In this document: one piece after another, positions 51,218 through 60,480 of the stretch | Layout of the letters: each line of letters starts with the position of its first letter | Position numbering within the stretch: the first letter of the stretch is position 1 | Virus record (IMG/VR): IMGVR_UViG_3300043672_000009 | Coordinates: 1-63,421 of that record | Length of the DNA stretch: 63,421 bases | Source: a virus | Strand: one strand, 5' to 3' | Position numbers and translations under genes: made by a program | Notes under the pieces: model-generated | The model's database searches: none | What the model was told of the DNA's origin: nothing | Seen by the model: the letters and a program-made list of their open reading frames with translations, nothing else

Positions 51218-53359
51218 CTAGTTTGCTGTAGTTACGTCGGCGCCGATCTGGATCCACAGAATTCCAGAGCCATAACTCTTGTCATGGGCGAATGTTCTTG
51301 TAATAGTGAACCCGTTTGCTGGTTGCGTTGTTGATGCAGCCTTAATCTGTGCACCCCATGTCAGCGCACCAAGGGCACCGCCCGTTGGGTTCCTGATCTT
51401 CACAACTACCTCAATGCCATCAATTGGCAATGACGGCTCATTGACAATAAATGCCGTCGCGTTATTCGGGACGATATTAAACTTCCTGCCAAGTGCCGTA
51501 TTCGGAGTCATGCTTGCCGAGTACGTCACAGTAACCCATGGATCGCCACCCTTGTCATATCCACTATATCTGGACGCTACCGACGTTTTGACGTTGATAT
51601 AGCGGTTGAACGGCTCGGCGGCGTCGTTTATAGGCGTCGTTGCGTCAGTGTATAACCCACCGATAATGGTATTATGAATGACACTGGAGTCATTCATGTC
51701 CAGGAATTGCGCGTGCACTCCAATGATGGTGTTGTACTCGCTTGACGAGAAAAACTGCAGCTTCCCCCCAAGGCCTCCGTTACCGTTGCCTTTGATGACC
51801 CCGTTTGAGCATGAGCCAAACTTCATCGCTGCCCCCTCAAAATAGGGGCCTTCTAGTGTGTATCCGTCGCAATTAGACAGGAACACCGAAGGGTTGGCTG
51901 TGCTTGTTGATAAGTCCTCCGATTGCAATAGCCCGCCAAATATGCGAATCCCAAAGTTCGGGCCTGTTGCGTCACAACGGATGCCACAGGCGCCAGCCTT
52001 GTATCCTGTGCTTGACAGCATGTCGGGATCATAAATGCTTATGTCATGGCAGAATCCACCGGTCATGTACACGTGGTGATCAATGTCGGTTGCAGTAACT
52101 ACCGGCGGAATAGTAACCGCATTGTCGTTATTGTCTGGCCATGACTTGCAATCATGAATAACGCCGCTGTTGGTATTTTTTAGCTTGATGCCAGTGCCGG
52201 CCATCATTGTGACAACGCGCTCAATCCTCCAGCGGATTGTATTGTTTGTCGTGCCGTCAACCAGGATACCATTGTTGGGGTGTGACGAATTACCGGTAAG
52301 TAGCATATCCCGGATCGTCCACTGCGACCGACCAGAACAATCAAACGTAGGCTTATTGGCTGAGCACCCGTTTATCAGTTGTGTAGCTTGTTCGTCACCG
52401 AATATCACCAGGGCTTTTGCAAGCACGGACCCAGCGGGACCCGGTGTAAGTGATTCTGTCACCAAGTATGCCCCGGCCGGTATATACGCTTTTCCCCTAT
52501 AAGCCCCAGTTCCGCAGCACAGAATTGCATTCTGTATTGCCGTCGTCATGTTTGTAGTGCCTGGGATAGTGTTTGTGCCGTATCTAAGTGCATTACCTGG
52601 TGGATACCAGTAATTAGTAGGCGTTACGCCGGCAGCCGCCTCTACAGCAGTTCTTGCGTACACGTTATTCAAGAACAGACCGAGACCAAACGTATAAACC
52701 GCGCTCGGGATATAGGCCAGCAGGTTGACGGCATTGCTCGCGCTGGTGGTGTCGGCCAAGATATCCGTGAGCAACGTGAGCCTGGCGAGCGCAACGCTCC
52801 CAGACGACAGGTTCGATGCATTCAGCGTCGTGAGGCTGGCGCCAGAGCCGCTGAATGTGGCCGCTGTGACGCCACCCGTTACGGACAAACTACCGAGTAC
52901 CCCCAAGCTCGTGAGAGACGAAGCCGTGACGCCGGGCGCCAACGTAGCCCCGGTCAGCGTTCCGGCCGCAGCCGTGACAGTGATGTCCGCTGACCCGCTG
53001 AACGGCACGCCGTTGATGTTCCTGGGGGTCTGGAGCGTGGTGGCCGTGGAGGCGTTTCCCGTCACGTTGCCGGTGACCGTGCCAGTGAGGTTCCCGGTGA
53101 TGCCGCCGCTAGCGGACAGGGTGGTAAACGCGCCCGTGCTGGGTGTCGTGGCACCGATAGGTATGTCGTCGATGGTTCCGATGGGCTCCAGGCCATTCGC
53201 GCCCGCATTGATCCGGATGAGCTTCAGTGCGTTCCCGGAGAGCGTTGGCAGTTTGTCGAATCCGGCCTCGATGGCCACGATCTCCGCCCGGATCGGCGAC
53301 GATGCGCCTGGGGCATGAGAACTCGGCGTGCCCGACTTGGTGAAGTATGGGTTGGTCAT
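51218..53359 (-). CDS. Tailspike B with a right-handed beta-helix/pectate-lyase-like body (713 aa)
   Basis: The N-terminus is shared with fibre A (MTNPYFTKSGTP...SSPIRAEIVAIEAGFDKLP). Beta-helix-type repeats. The body (51218 to ~52720) is visibly GC-poor. Confidence 0.85.
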   Translation of the reverse strand: MTNPYFTKSGTPSSHAPGASSPIRAEIVAIEAGFDKLPTLSGNALKLIRINAGANGLEPIGTIDDIPIGATTPSTGAFTTLSASGGITGNLTGTVTGNVTGNASTATTLQTPRNINGVPFSGSADITVTAAAGTLTGATLAPGVTASSLTSLGVLGSLSVTGGVTAATFSGSGASLTTLNASNLSSGSVALARLTLLTDILADTTSASNAVNLLAYIPSAVYTFGLGLFLNNVYARTAVEAAAGVTPTNYWYPPGNALRYGTNTIPGTTNMTTAIQNAILCCGTGAYRGKAYIPAGAYLVTESLTPGPAGSVLAKALVIFGDEQATQLINGCSANKPTFDCSGRSQWTIRDMLLTGNSSHPNNGILVDGTTNNTIRWRIERVVTMMAGTGIKLKNTNSGVIHDCKSWPDNNDNAVTIPPVVTATDIDHHVYMTGGFCHDISIYDPDMLSSTGYKAGACGIRCDATGPNFGIRIFGGLLQSEDLSTSTANPSVFLSNCDGYTLEGPYFEGAAMKFGSCSNGVIKGNGNGGLGGKLQFFSSSEYNTIIGVHAQFLDMNDSSVIHNTIIGGLYTDATTPINDAAEPFNRYINVKTSVASRYSGYDKGGDPWVTVTYSASMTPNTALGRKFNIVPNNATAFIVNEPSLPIDGIEVVVKIRNPTGGALGALTWGAQIKAASTTQPANGFTITRTFAHDKSYGSGILWIQIGADVTTAN

Positions 53360-56300
53360 TGCATCTGCTCCCGCACTCTCTCGCGCATCTCACGAGGTGC
53401 CGACTTGATGGTGCGCTCTTGGCGCGTCGCCCGCATCTCGCGGACCCGTTGGATGACTTGGCGCATGGTGATCCGCATCGGGGTGTCCTGGTTCTTGGCG
53501 TTCCAGTCCGCCAGATCTCGCTGCGCTTCCTTGACCTTGGCCTGGTCGCCGTCATTGAGACCCTCAGCCCACTTGCCGGCGATCTCTCCCTCAACGTTCT
53601 TTACCAGTTGGATGCTGCGCTGCACCTCCTGCATCCGGCTGGATTCGCGCGCCACCTCCGCAGGCTGGAAGCCGATGAACTTCATGGCCGCGTCCACGGG
53701 GCCGGTGTCCAGCACCTTCTGTTCCCGCTGGTTGCGGTACTCGCCGGTGTTCCACATCTGCATGGCCTTGGCCATGTTCTGGATCGCCGTGGGCGCCATC
53801 TTCAACCCGGCCTCGGCCACGTCACCAGCCAACAGTTTGGTGCCGGCGTCGATGGCGTTCTTGGCCAAGCCGCCGGCCGCACCCGCGAACTCCAGCACGT
53901 CTTTGCTCCGGTCGGTGTTGCTGCGCAGAAGGGCGCCGGTGCCCGGCAGCAGGTTGCCCATGCTCAGACGTAGGCTCATGTCGATGGGGAAGCCTGGCAG
54001 GCTGGTGAGGCCCCGCGTGGCCACGTCCGCGGCGATGTTGCCCAGGCCCAGGGTGTCGGCCACGAACTTGCGCTTTGCCGCCTTGCTGCTGAAGTCGTAG
54101 CCCAGCGCCTGCGCCAAGGTGTCGATGGCGTCGTCCAGGTCATCCGCGAACGGCAGGCCACCGGCGCCCGCCACCAGCACCAGCACCGCCAGGGCGATAC
54201 CGACCGCGCGCTTGCCCTGTGGCCCGCTGCGCCACATCCGCGCCAGGAACTCCAGATAGTGGATGCTGAACTGCTTGAACGTCATGGCGGTGGCGCCGAT
54301 CGGTCCACGCGCCCAGTTGCCGCGATTTCCTCGGTTGTACAACCCTTGCGTCTCGATCACCGCCTTCTCTGCGAACCCGAACGGGTCCGGGTTGTGCGTT
54401 TCCTTGGCGACGTTGTAGGCGGCCACGAAGGTGACGCGCCGATTGAACTGCTCGCTCAGGCTGAACAGGCTACCCCAGATGAACGCCGCCTTCTTCAGCA
54501 CCGGGTGGTTGCCCAGGTTCTTCATCGCTTCGGCTTGCAGGTGGTGGATTTCCTGCGGGCTCACGATGCCGTCGTCTTCGGCGCGCTTCATGGCCTTGCC
54601 GATCTCGCCCGTTGGCGCACCCGCTGCCACCGTTCGCGCGGCCGCCATCAGGTGTTGGGTCGCCTTGGCGAGGCCGCCGAACTGCGACAGGTAGGGCAGC
54701 GTTATCGTGATCGGCTGCGTCAGGTTGGTGGCCGCGCTGGCCACGCTACCGCCGATGAACTGGGTGAACAGCAGCCCGCGGAAGCCGGCTGCTTCTTCCT
54801 GGGGATCCTGGACGTACTGCACCAGCTTCAAGGCGTCGTCTTTCAGGTCGCCCTGCTCTTTCGGTACCTCGTCCGCCCACTTCTTCGCGCGACCCAGGTT
54901 GAGGTTTCCGCTGGCCATGCGGGCATTGCTGGTGACGAAGCTCGCCAGCACGCGCGAGGTGTCCTCGCTGAACCCGGAGATGCCCTGGCGATGGATCATG
55001 CGCTTCATGGCGCTGCGGTTGTTCTTCGTCAGCCGCAGGAAGTCCTGGTAGACCTCGTTGTTTGCGTTGCCGGTGGTCTGGGCGAACAGCTCCAGCGCAT
55101 CCAGCGGCAGCCCGGCATACAGCTTATAGGCTTCCTGGCTCATCAGTCCGCGTTTGAAGTCGGCGCCATTGAACTCCGGTTCGGCCTGCATCTCGCGCGC
55201 CGCCTTGTTGGCCTCTCGGCGTGATTCGTACATGCCGAAGAACTCGGTTTCGCCGGCGCGCGTGATGTGCAGGGTGTGGCGCCCGAAGCGCATCAACGGG
55301 GCATATCCCTCTGCCTTCAGCCGGTCCACCTGCGTGGACTTGTCGGCGATGGCCTCATAGGTCTTGTCGAGGCTCACCTTGCGATCGGGCTTCGCGGCGG
55401 CAAGCGTGTTGAAGTGCTGGTTGATGATGGAGGCGGCATCGGCCAGGTCTGCGGCGGCCAGGACCTGCGCGGCCACGGCATCCCCGTCACCACCCGCAAG
55501 CCGCACCATTTCGCTTTTTGCCAGGTCGGTGAGCGACTGGTCTACCGCAGCCCGGAACTCGTTGTACAGGCCGATCTGGGCGCCGCTGAACCCCATCCTG
55601 CGAAGTTCCGGCTCCGTGAACACCACACCCGCCCGCAGGAACTCGCGCTCGAACTTGTCGTTCACCATCTTCTCGAAGCGGTCCAGCGGCTGGCCCTGCC
55701 ACATCTTCAGAACCTGGCCGGTGAGGCGATTGCCGCGCACCAGCAACTGCGCCTTGGCCTGCGGTGTCAGCTTGTCGGCGGCGGCCTTCACATCGTCGAT
55801 CTTCACCAGCTTGTGGCCGGCATCGCGCGCCCACGACAGCGTGCCCTGGAACACGGCGGACCCGGCCGCCTTCAGGTCTGCGGCCGTCGCCTCGCCGTGA
55901 CGGAACAGGCCACCCTTCTTCAGGTCCAACCAGCTCTCCAGCTTCGGCAGGATCGTCGGCGCCATGTCGGCGGCGGCATTGCCGAAGATGTTGATGTCCT
56001 TGATGTAGTCCTGCACGGCATCGAAGACGCGGCCGAACGTCAGCGGGTGGTTCTGGGCCTTGGCGTACTGGGTGCCGATGGACCGGCCCCAGAACCCGAG
56101 CTTGCCGGCGTTGCTGGTGATGTCGAGGAAGAGGTTGCGGGCTGCGGTCTGGTTGAAGCCGCGGATGCCTTCGCGCATGGTGTCGGCGACGCTGCGGCGG
56201 ATGTCCTTCGATTCGGCCTGTTCTGGCACGCTGCGAGCCGGCGCAGTGGGCCCGTTCGTGATGAACTCGCGCGCCGGCACCAGGATGTTTGCCACGATGT

Positions 56301-57087
56301 CGGCATCGGTGAGTGCGACCTTAATGCCGATGGCGCGCAGGAACTGCTTCACGGCGGCGATGGCCCGCTGCACCAACGTTGCCTCGGGCGTGCGCTCTGC
56401 CATCTCGGCCAGGATCTCTTCAGCCACCGTCAGCCGGTCTTCGGTCTTGGCCAGGTCCATGCCGTACTGCGTCGCCTTGGCCCGCATGCGTTCGTCGTTC
56501 GCCTTCGCCACCTCATCCAGGATCGGCAGCAGCTTGCGCCCGAACAGCCCGCGCAGCCCGGCGTGCCCGATGGTCTCGTGGAACAGCACCCGCACCACCT
56601 GGCCATCGGTTTTGAGTTGGTCGGCCACCAGGTAGACCTTGCCGCCCTCCCAGTAGCCCTGCGTCGCCCCGTCTGCGCCCTGCGCCTTGGCATCCCGGTC
56701 AACCTTCTTCGCGGCTTCTGACGCATCGGCCATCGACCCAAGCACAACCACCTCCGGCGCATTGGCCCAGCCGCTGGTGACGGCATCAACCACGGTCTGC
56801 ACATCGTAGCTCGACATGCCGGCGGACGGTTCAGCGCGTTGCATCACCACCGGTGCGGGCGCAGGCGGTGGCGTGAACACATCAGCGTGCTGGGCGCGCA
56901 GCAGCGCAATCACCTCGCCCCGCTCGCCGTTGACTTGCTCCAGAAGATCATCCACCGCCGCACGCTCGGCGGCCTTGGTGGCCATGCCTGCCTTGACGTA
57001 GGACTCGATGCCATCGGTGAGTGCCCCCAAGTCCTGGGTGCCCAGGGTCTTGATGGCCCGGAGGCAGAAGCTCATTCGCACTGTCAT
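53356..57087 (-). CDS. Large ejection/internal-virion protein (1243 aa), PLxRFG-type, with an HExxH metallopeptidase-like motif and C-terminal membrane segments
   Basis: HETIGH at 56563-56580. PLMRFG at 55282-55299. Hydrophobic VGIALAVLVLVAGAGGLPF near the C-terminal third. Confidence 0.8.
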   Translation of the reverse strand: MTVRMSFCLRAIKTLGTQDLGALTDGIESYVKAGMATKAAERAAVDDLLEQVNGERGEVIALLRAQHADVFTPPPAPAPVVMQRAEPSAGMSSYDVQTVVDAVTSGWANAPEVVVLGSMADASEAAKKVDRDAKAQGADGATQGYWEGGKVYLVADQLKTDGQVVRVLFHETIGHAGLRGLFGRKLLPILDEVAKANDERMRAKATQYGMDLAKTEDRLTVAEEILAEMAERTPEATLVQRAIAAVKQFLRAIGIKVALTDADIVANILVPAREFITNGPTAPARSVPEQAESKDIRRSVADTMREGIRGFNQTAARNLFLDITSNAGKLGFWGRSIGTQYAKAQNHPLTFGRVFDAVQDYIKDINIFGNAAADMAPTILPKLESWLDLKKGGLFRHGEATAADLKAAGSAVFQGTLSWARDAGHKLVKIDDVKAAADKLTPQAKAQLLVRGNRLTGQVLKMWQGQPLDRFEKMVNDKFEREFLRAGVVFTEPELRRMGFSGAQIGLYNEFRAAVDQSLTDLAKSEMVRLAGGDGDAVAAQVLAAADLADAASIINQHFNTLAAAKPDRKVSLDKTYEAIADKSTQVDRLKAEGYAPLMRFGRHTLHITRAGETEFFGMYESRREANKAAREMQAEPEFNGADFKRGLMSQEAYKLYAGLPLDALELFAQTTGNANNEVYQDFLRLTKNNRSAMKRMIHRQGISGFSEDTSRVLASFVTSNARMASGNLNLGRAKKWADEVPKEQGDLKDDALKLVQYVQDPQEEAAGFRGLLFTQFIGGSVASAATNLTQPITITLPYLSQFGGLAKATQHLMAAARTVAAGAPTGEIGKAMKRAEDDGIVSPQEIHHLQAEAMKNLGNHPVLKKAAFIWGSLFSLSEQFNRRVTFVAAYNVAKETHNPDPFGFAEKAVIETQGLYNRGNRGNWARGPIGATAMTFKQFSIHYLEFLARMWRSGPQGKRAVGIALAVLVLVAGAGGLPFADDLDDAIDTLAQALGYDFSSKAAKRKFVADTLGLGNIAADVATRGLTSLPGFPIDMSLRLSMGNLLPGTGALLRSNTDRSKDVLEFAGAAGGLAKNAIDAGTKLLAGDVAEAGLKMAPTAIQNMAKAMQMWNTGEYRNQREQKVLDTGPVDAAMKFIGFQPAEVARESSRMQEVQRSIQLVKNVEGEIAGKWAEGLNDGDQAKVKEAQRDLADWNAKNQDTPMRITMRQVIQRVREMRATRQERTIKSAPREMRERVREQMQ

Positions 57088-57749
57088 TCGAGTGCTCCCG
57101 ATGTGACGGCGGCTATGACAATGGCCAAGATGGCCTCGTTCTGCCGCTTGATTTGCTGGTTGCGATCATAGGCCCGAGCTAGTTTTCTGGCGTGTCCGCC
57201 GCCCGGTGAGGCCGCGGGCTGGTCTGGGGGCTGGCCCAGTGGCGCCTGGGTTTCAACATCCGGCGGCAAGTAGGCGTGCAGGGTGTTGGGTGCACGCCCG
57301 CGAACGAACCCATCATCGAGCACGGAGCCAAACACGTCTGCATCAGGCGGCAGCGCGGCCGTGAACTCGTCGCCCCAGTTCCTGGATGCCGCAGCACCGT
57401 CATCCAGCATTCCAGCGAACAGGTCCACCACGGGTTCGGCTGGCGCATCCGGAGCGGAGGCCGCCCACTCATCGCCAATCCGGCGCCGGGGCCGGCCATC
57501 GTCCAGCACCGGCTGAAACAGGCCAACGTCCGGAGCCAGGAAGGCTTGCCATGCGTCCGCCCTCCGCTTGCGCTTGGACGCTTCTTGGGCGCCCGGGTAG
57601 AGCAAGTCCGGAACCGCATCAACCTGCAGGATCCCTGGGTGCCATCCGCTGTCGGCCCGCTGGCGCTTGCGTCCCCCGTCGTCCAGTGCTGGGCACAGCA
57701 GGTCAACCGCTGGCGCGGCACCGCTGGTGAGCGCCAGCAGCAGCGACAT
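57084..57749 (-). CDS. Repeat protein (221 aa) with about five copies of a D-hydrophobic-F/L..LDDG..W module
   Basis: VDLLCPALDDGG, VGLFQPVLDDGR, VDLFAGMLDDGA and ADVFGSVLDDGF were read in the translation. Confidence 0.6.
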   Translation of the reverse strand: MSLLLALTSGAAPAVDLLCPALDDGGRKRQRADSGWHPGILQVDAVPDLLYPGAQEASKRKRRADAWQAFLAPDVGLFQPVLDDGRPRRRIGDEWAASAPDAPAEPVVDLFAGMLDDGAAASRNWGDEFTAALPPDADVFGSVLDDGFVRGRAPNTLHAYLPPDVETQAPLGQPPDQPAASPGGGHARKLARAYDRNQQIKRQNEAILAIVIAAVTSGALE

Positions 57750-57752
57750 GCG

Positions 57753-58007
57753 CTACCCGCCGAACAGCAGAACGTCACTCGTCGAGAACGACTCCGGCGC
57801 GTACTTGGCGGCCAGGTGCACAACCAGACCCTGCTTGAGCCGCCACAGCAGCGTGGACTCGTTGCTGTAGTTCGATGGGGTGACGGTGGCGCTGTCGCTG
57901 CGCTTGTCGCCCGTCATGAACACGTAGTCGATGCGGTACTGCACTGGAGACGCGTCGGTCTCGCGGCTTGCACAACGGATGGTGGCGTAGACCTTCACAG
58001 AGAGCAC
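57753..58007 (-). CDS. Small virion-module protein (84 aa)
   Basis: ORF track. Confidence 0.5.
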   Translation of the reverse strand: MLSVKVYATIRCASRETDASPVQYRIDYVFMTGDKRSDSATVTPSNYSNESTLLWRLKQGLVVHLAAKYAPESFSTSDVLLFGG

Positions 58008-58267
58008 CCCCGAACGTCAGCCTGCGTGTACGCCTGGGGCGGCTGGATCAGTAGATTGATGGCCTCTGCCAGTGCCGTCTGAAGGTCGTTGGCGATCTGC
58101 GTGGCGTTCTGGGTGATATTGCAGACGAGTACAACCTCGCCCGACACCTGCCCGGTGACAAAACCTGAGCACCGGTACTGCACGAGAAACTCGGCCTGGT
58201 CTTCTGTCAGGTTTGAACTGCTCGTAATCGTAATGATGCGCCCGATGACGCGTGATTGCCCGGCCAT
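57995..58267 (-). CDS. Small virion-module protein (90 aa)
   Basis: ORF track. Confidence 0.5.
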   Translation of the reverse strand: MAGQSRVIGRIITITSSSNLTEDQAEFLVQYRCSGFVTGQVSGEVVLVCNITQNATQIANDLQTALAEAINLLIQPPQAYTQADVRGCSL

Positions 58268-58270
58268 GGA

Positions 58271-59734
58271 TCACTCCCAGGTGTAGACGAAGCTCACCAT
58301 GTGCGCTATCACGCCGGCCGTGCCCACCGTGCCGACGTGCTTGGTGACCAGCGCCACGAACTCGACAGGGTTCACGAACACCGGCGCGTCGCCCATGTCA
58401 AAGAACTGACATGTCTGCGCGACCTTCGTGCTTACGGCCTGGGCGGCCGTCACTATTTGGTCAAACGGCAGCGCAATCCTTCTTGGGGCTTTGGTCGTGG
58501 CAGCCTCCGCCGTAGCAAGGGATACGGCGGTGTGCCCAAACGCCAGCGACCACTGGCACGCGAACGGACCACCTGTAATGACCGTCTGGATGTAGCTCCA
58601 CAGGCTGATGCCGCGAATGGCCAGGCGGCGCCCCTGCACGCTGGCCGTGCCAACCGGAACCTGGAAGCTGCAAATGATGCCGTCCGTGTTCACGGCCAGC
58701 GTCGCCGTTTCCCAGAACTGGCCGCCCAGCCCACTGCCAAGCGCCGCCGTGGTGTTGGTGGGCACCGCAGCAGTCGGGTTCGCGCTGTTGGCGTAGTTGG
58801 CCAGTGAGCCCATGGTTCCGCCGCTCAGGCCCTGGTAACTGCCGTGGATGGCGTTGCCAAGGATGCCTGCGGTACGGTCAATCAGCGGCCCCCCGACGCG
58901 CACCGAGTAACACGAAAGCTGGAAGTTGATGACCGAACCGGCCGCACCGCCAACGATGGCGTGGCGCACGCTCAGTGGCATCGTGGCCGAGGCAAACGGC
59001 TGGCCATTGCCGGTCGGGGTCTGCAGCGAGCCATAGATGCGGACCGACAAGCCGTCGTTGATCCACCACTCAACCTGTCGCTGGTTGATGTACAGAATGA
59101 ACTGGTACTTCTTGTTGTTGGCGTAGGTGAAGGCGAAAACAGACGTAGTAGTCTCGGTGCCGTTGTAGTTCACCACCCCCTGCAAGCCCGCCGACGTAAG
59201 GCGGAAGTACGCGCCGTCAGTTGGCGAGTAGGGGTTGGCAGCGCCGCGCCGGTAGGCGCCAAAGTCGATGGTGGTGTTGGTGGCCGGCTGGGCGCTGAAC
59301 GATGCCTCGATGTCGAAAGCCAATGTCGCCGTGCCAAGCAGCGGGAACTCTGCGTAGCTACCAAACGACGTTCCTGTGGTGGTCGTTGTTATGTTTGTGC
59401 CGTTGGTTGTCAGCGCGCCAATAGCCCACGTGTTTGTCATCGTGGTGTTGGCGTAGGTGTGCTTGCCGGTGTTCTGGGCCGTGTAGTTGAATATCTCGTT
59501 GTCAACAAGCCAGTCTGGCGCCGTGCGCATCCGGTAATCCAGATCCACCTCTGGCGCGTATAACTGCGGCGCTCCAGATATCACCCCATCGTCGTTCTCT
59601 GAATAGTTCTTGACCCCGCCGATGTTTGCCGCATTGTTGAATGAGTCCGTCTCCGGGATCACCTTCAGTTGGTTCGTGCCGGCGACTTCAGCGACGCTGC
59701 CGCTCGTGTTGCCTTCAATCCTTATGCCTGCCAT
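58271..59734 (-). CDS. Beta-rich structural protein (487 aa), unknown role
   Basis: ORF track. Thr/Asn/Gly/Ala-rich and all-beta-looking. Not fibre-like. Confidence 0.7.
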   Translation of the reverse strand: MAGIRIEGNTSGSVAEVAGTNQLKVIPETDSFNNAANIGGVKNYSENDDGVISGAPQLYAPEVDLDYRMRTAPDWLVDNEIFNYTAQNTGKHTYANTTMTNTWAIGALTTNGTNITTTTTGTSFGSYAEFPLLGTATLAFDIEASFSAQPATNTTIDFGAYRRGAANPYSPTDGAYFRLTSAGLQGVVNYNGTETTTSVFAFTYANNKKYQFILYINQRQVEWWINDGLSVRIYGSLQTPTGNGQPFASATMPLSVRHAIVGGAAGSVINFQLSCYSVRVGGPLIDRTAGILGNAIHGSYQGLSGGTMGSLANYANSANPTAAVPTNTTAALGSGLGGQFWETATLAVNTDGIICSFQVPVGTASVQGRRLAIRGISLWSYIQTVITGGPFACQWSLAFGHTAVSLATAEAATTKAPRRIALPFDQIVTAAQAVSTKVAQTCQFFDMGDAPVFVNPVEFVALVTKHVGTVGTAGVIAHMVSFVYTWE

Positions 59735-59735
59735 T

Positions 59736-60035
59736 TCATGTACTCCAGACGAAACGGCACTTCACCGTGCCGGTGAGGCGCAGTTCCAGCGCCGTCGCAG
59801 TGATGTCGAATCCGGTGCCAACCACGATGTTGTCCGCGGACAGCTTCACCGTCTGCGGGAAGATGTGCTTGTGCTCGTAGGCGTTGTGGTCGGCGGTGCT
59901 GTCGTTGCCCATGAACCAAGCCTCCACGTAGGCGCCACTGCTGATGCCGGCCTGCCCGGTCACCGTGGTGGTGGCCGTGTTCGTCCCCGGCGCCGAGCCG
60001 AAGTTGATCGTGGCCGTCCCGGTGCCAGTGGCCAC
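59736..60035 (-). CDS. Small beta-rich protein (~99 aa)
   Basis: GTG 60035 lies 1 nt after the upstream TAA. The long ORF-track version (to 60608) is Arg/Pro-rich and overlaps the better gene. Confidence 0.55.
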   Translation of the reverse strand: MATGTGTATINFGSAPGTNTATTTVTGQAGISSGAYVEAWFMGNDSTADHNAYEHKHIFPQTVKLSADNIVVGTGFDITATALELRLTGTVKCRFVWST

Positions 60036-60036
60036 G

Positions 60037-60477
60037 TTAGTACTCTTCGATCGTGATCGACAGGTTGCACGCCTGTGGGGTCTGCCCGGCTGGCGCCCGG
60101 ATGCTGATGCACTCCCCGTTGCGGGCCTCAAGCACACCGTCAGGCCATGCCCGCGAGTACGGGATGCCCAGCGCGTTGAACCCGGTGGTGATGCCGTTCG
60201 TCTCCGGCACCGGCTGCACGCTCCAGGTGGTAGCCGTGGTGAAGGCTGCCGCGGGCTGGTCGGAGTGGTCCGCCTTGCTGGGCACGATCGCCCCGCCCGG
60301 CGTGGTCCCCGCGGGCGCCCGGCTGATGGTGAACGCCTGGGCCGCTGAACTGGAACCCTGGCCCACGACGTTGAACTCCACGACACGGCACCGGCGGCTT
60401 GCCGCGCTGATGATGGTGAGCACGTCGTTCCCGGTGACCGCAGTGACGCCCTCGCGCTTGATGATGTACTTGCCCAT
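60037..60477 (-). CDS. Small beta-rich protein (146 aa)
   Basis: ORF track. Confidence 0.6.
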   Translation of the reverse strand: MGKYIIKREGVTAVTGNDVLTIISAASRRCRVVEFNVVGQGSSSAAQAFTISRAPAGTTPGGAIVPSKADHSDQPAAAFTTATTWSVQPVPETNGITTGFNALGIPYSRAWPDGVLEARNGECISIRAPAGQTPQACNLSITIEEY

Positions 60478-60480
60478 GGC

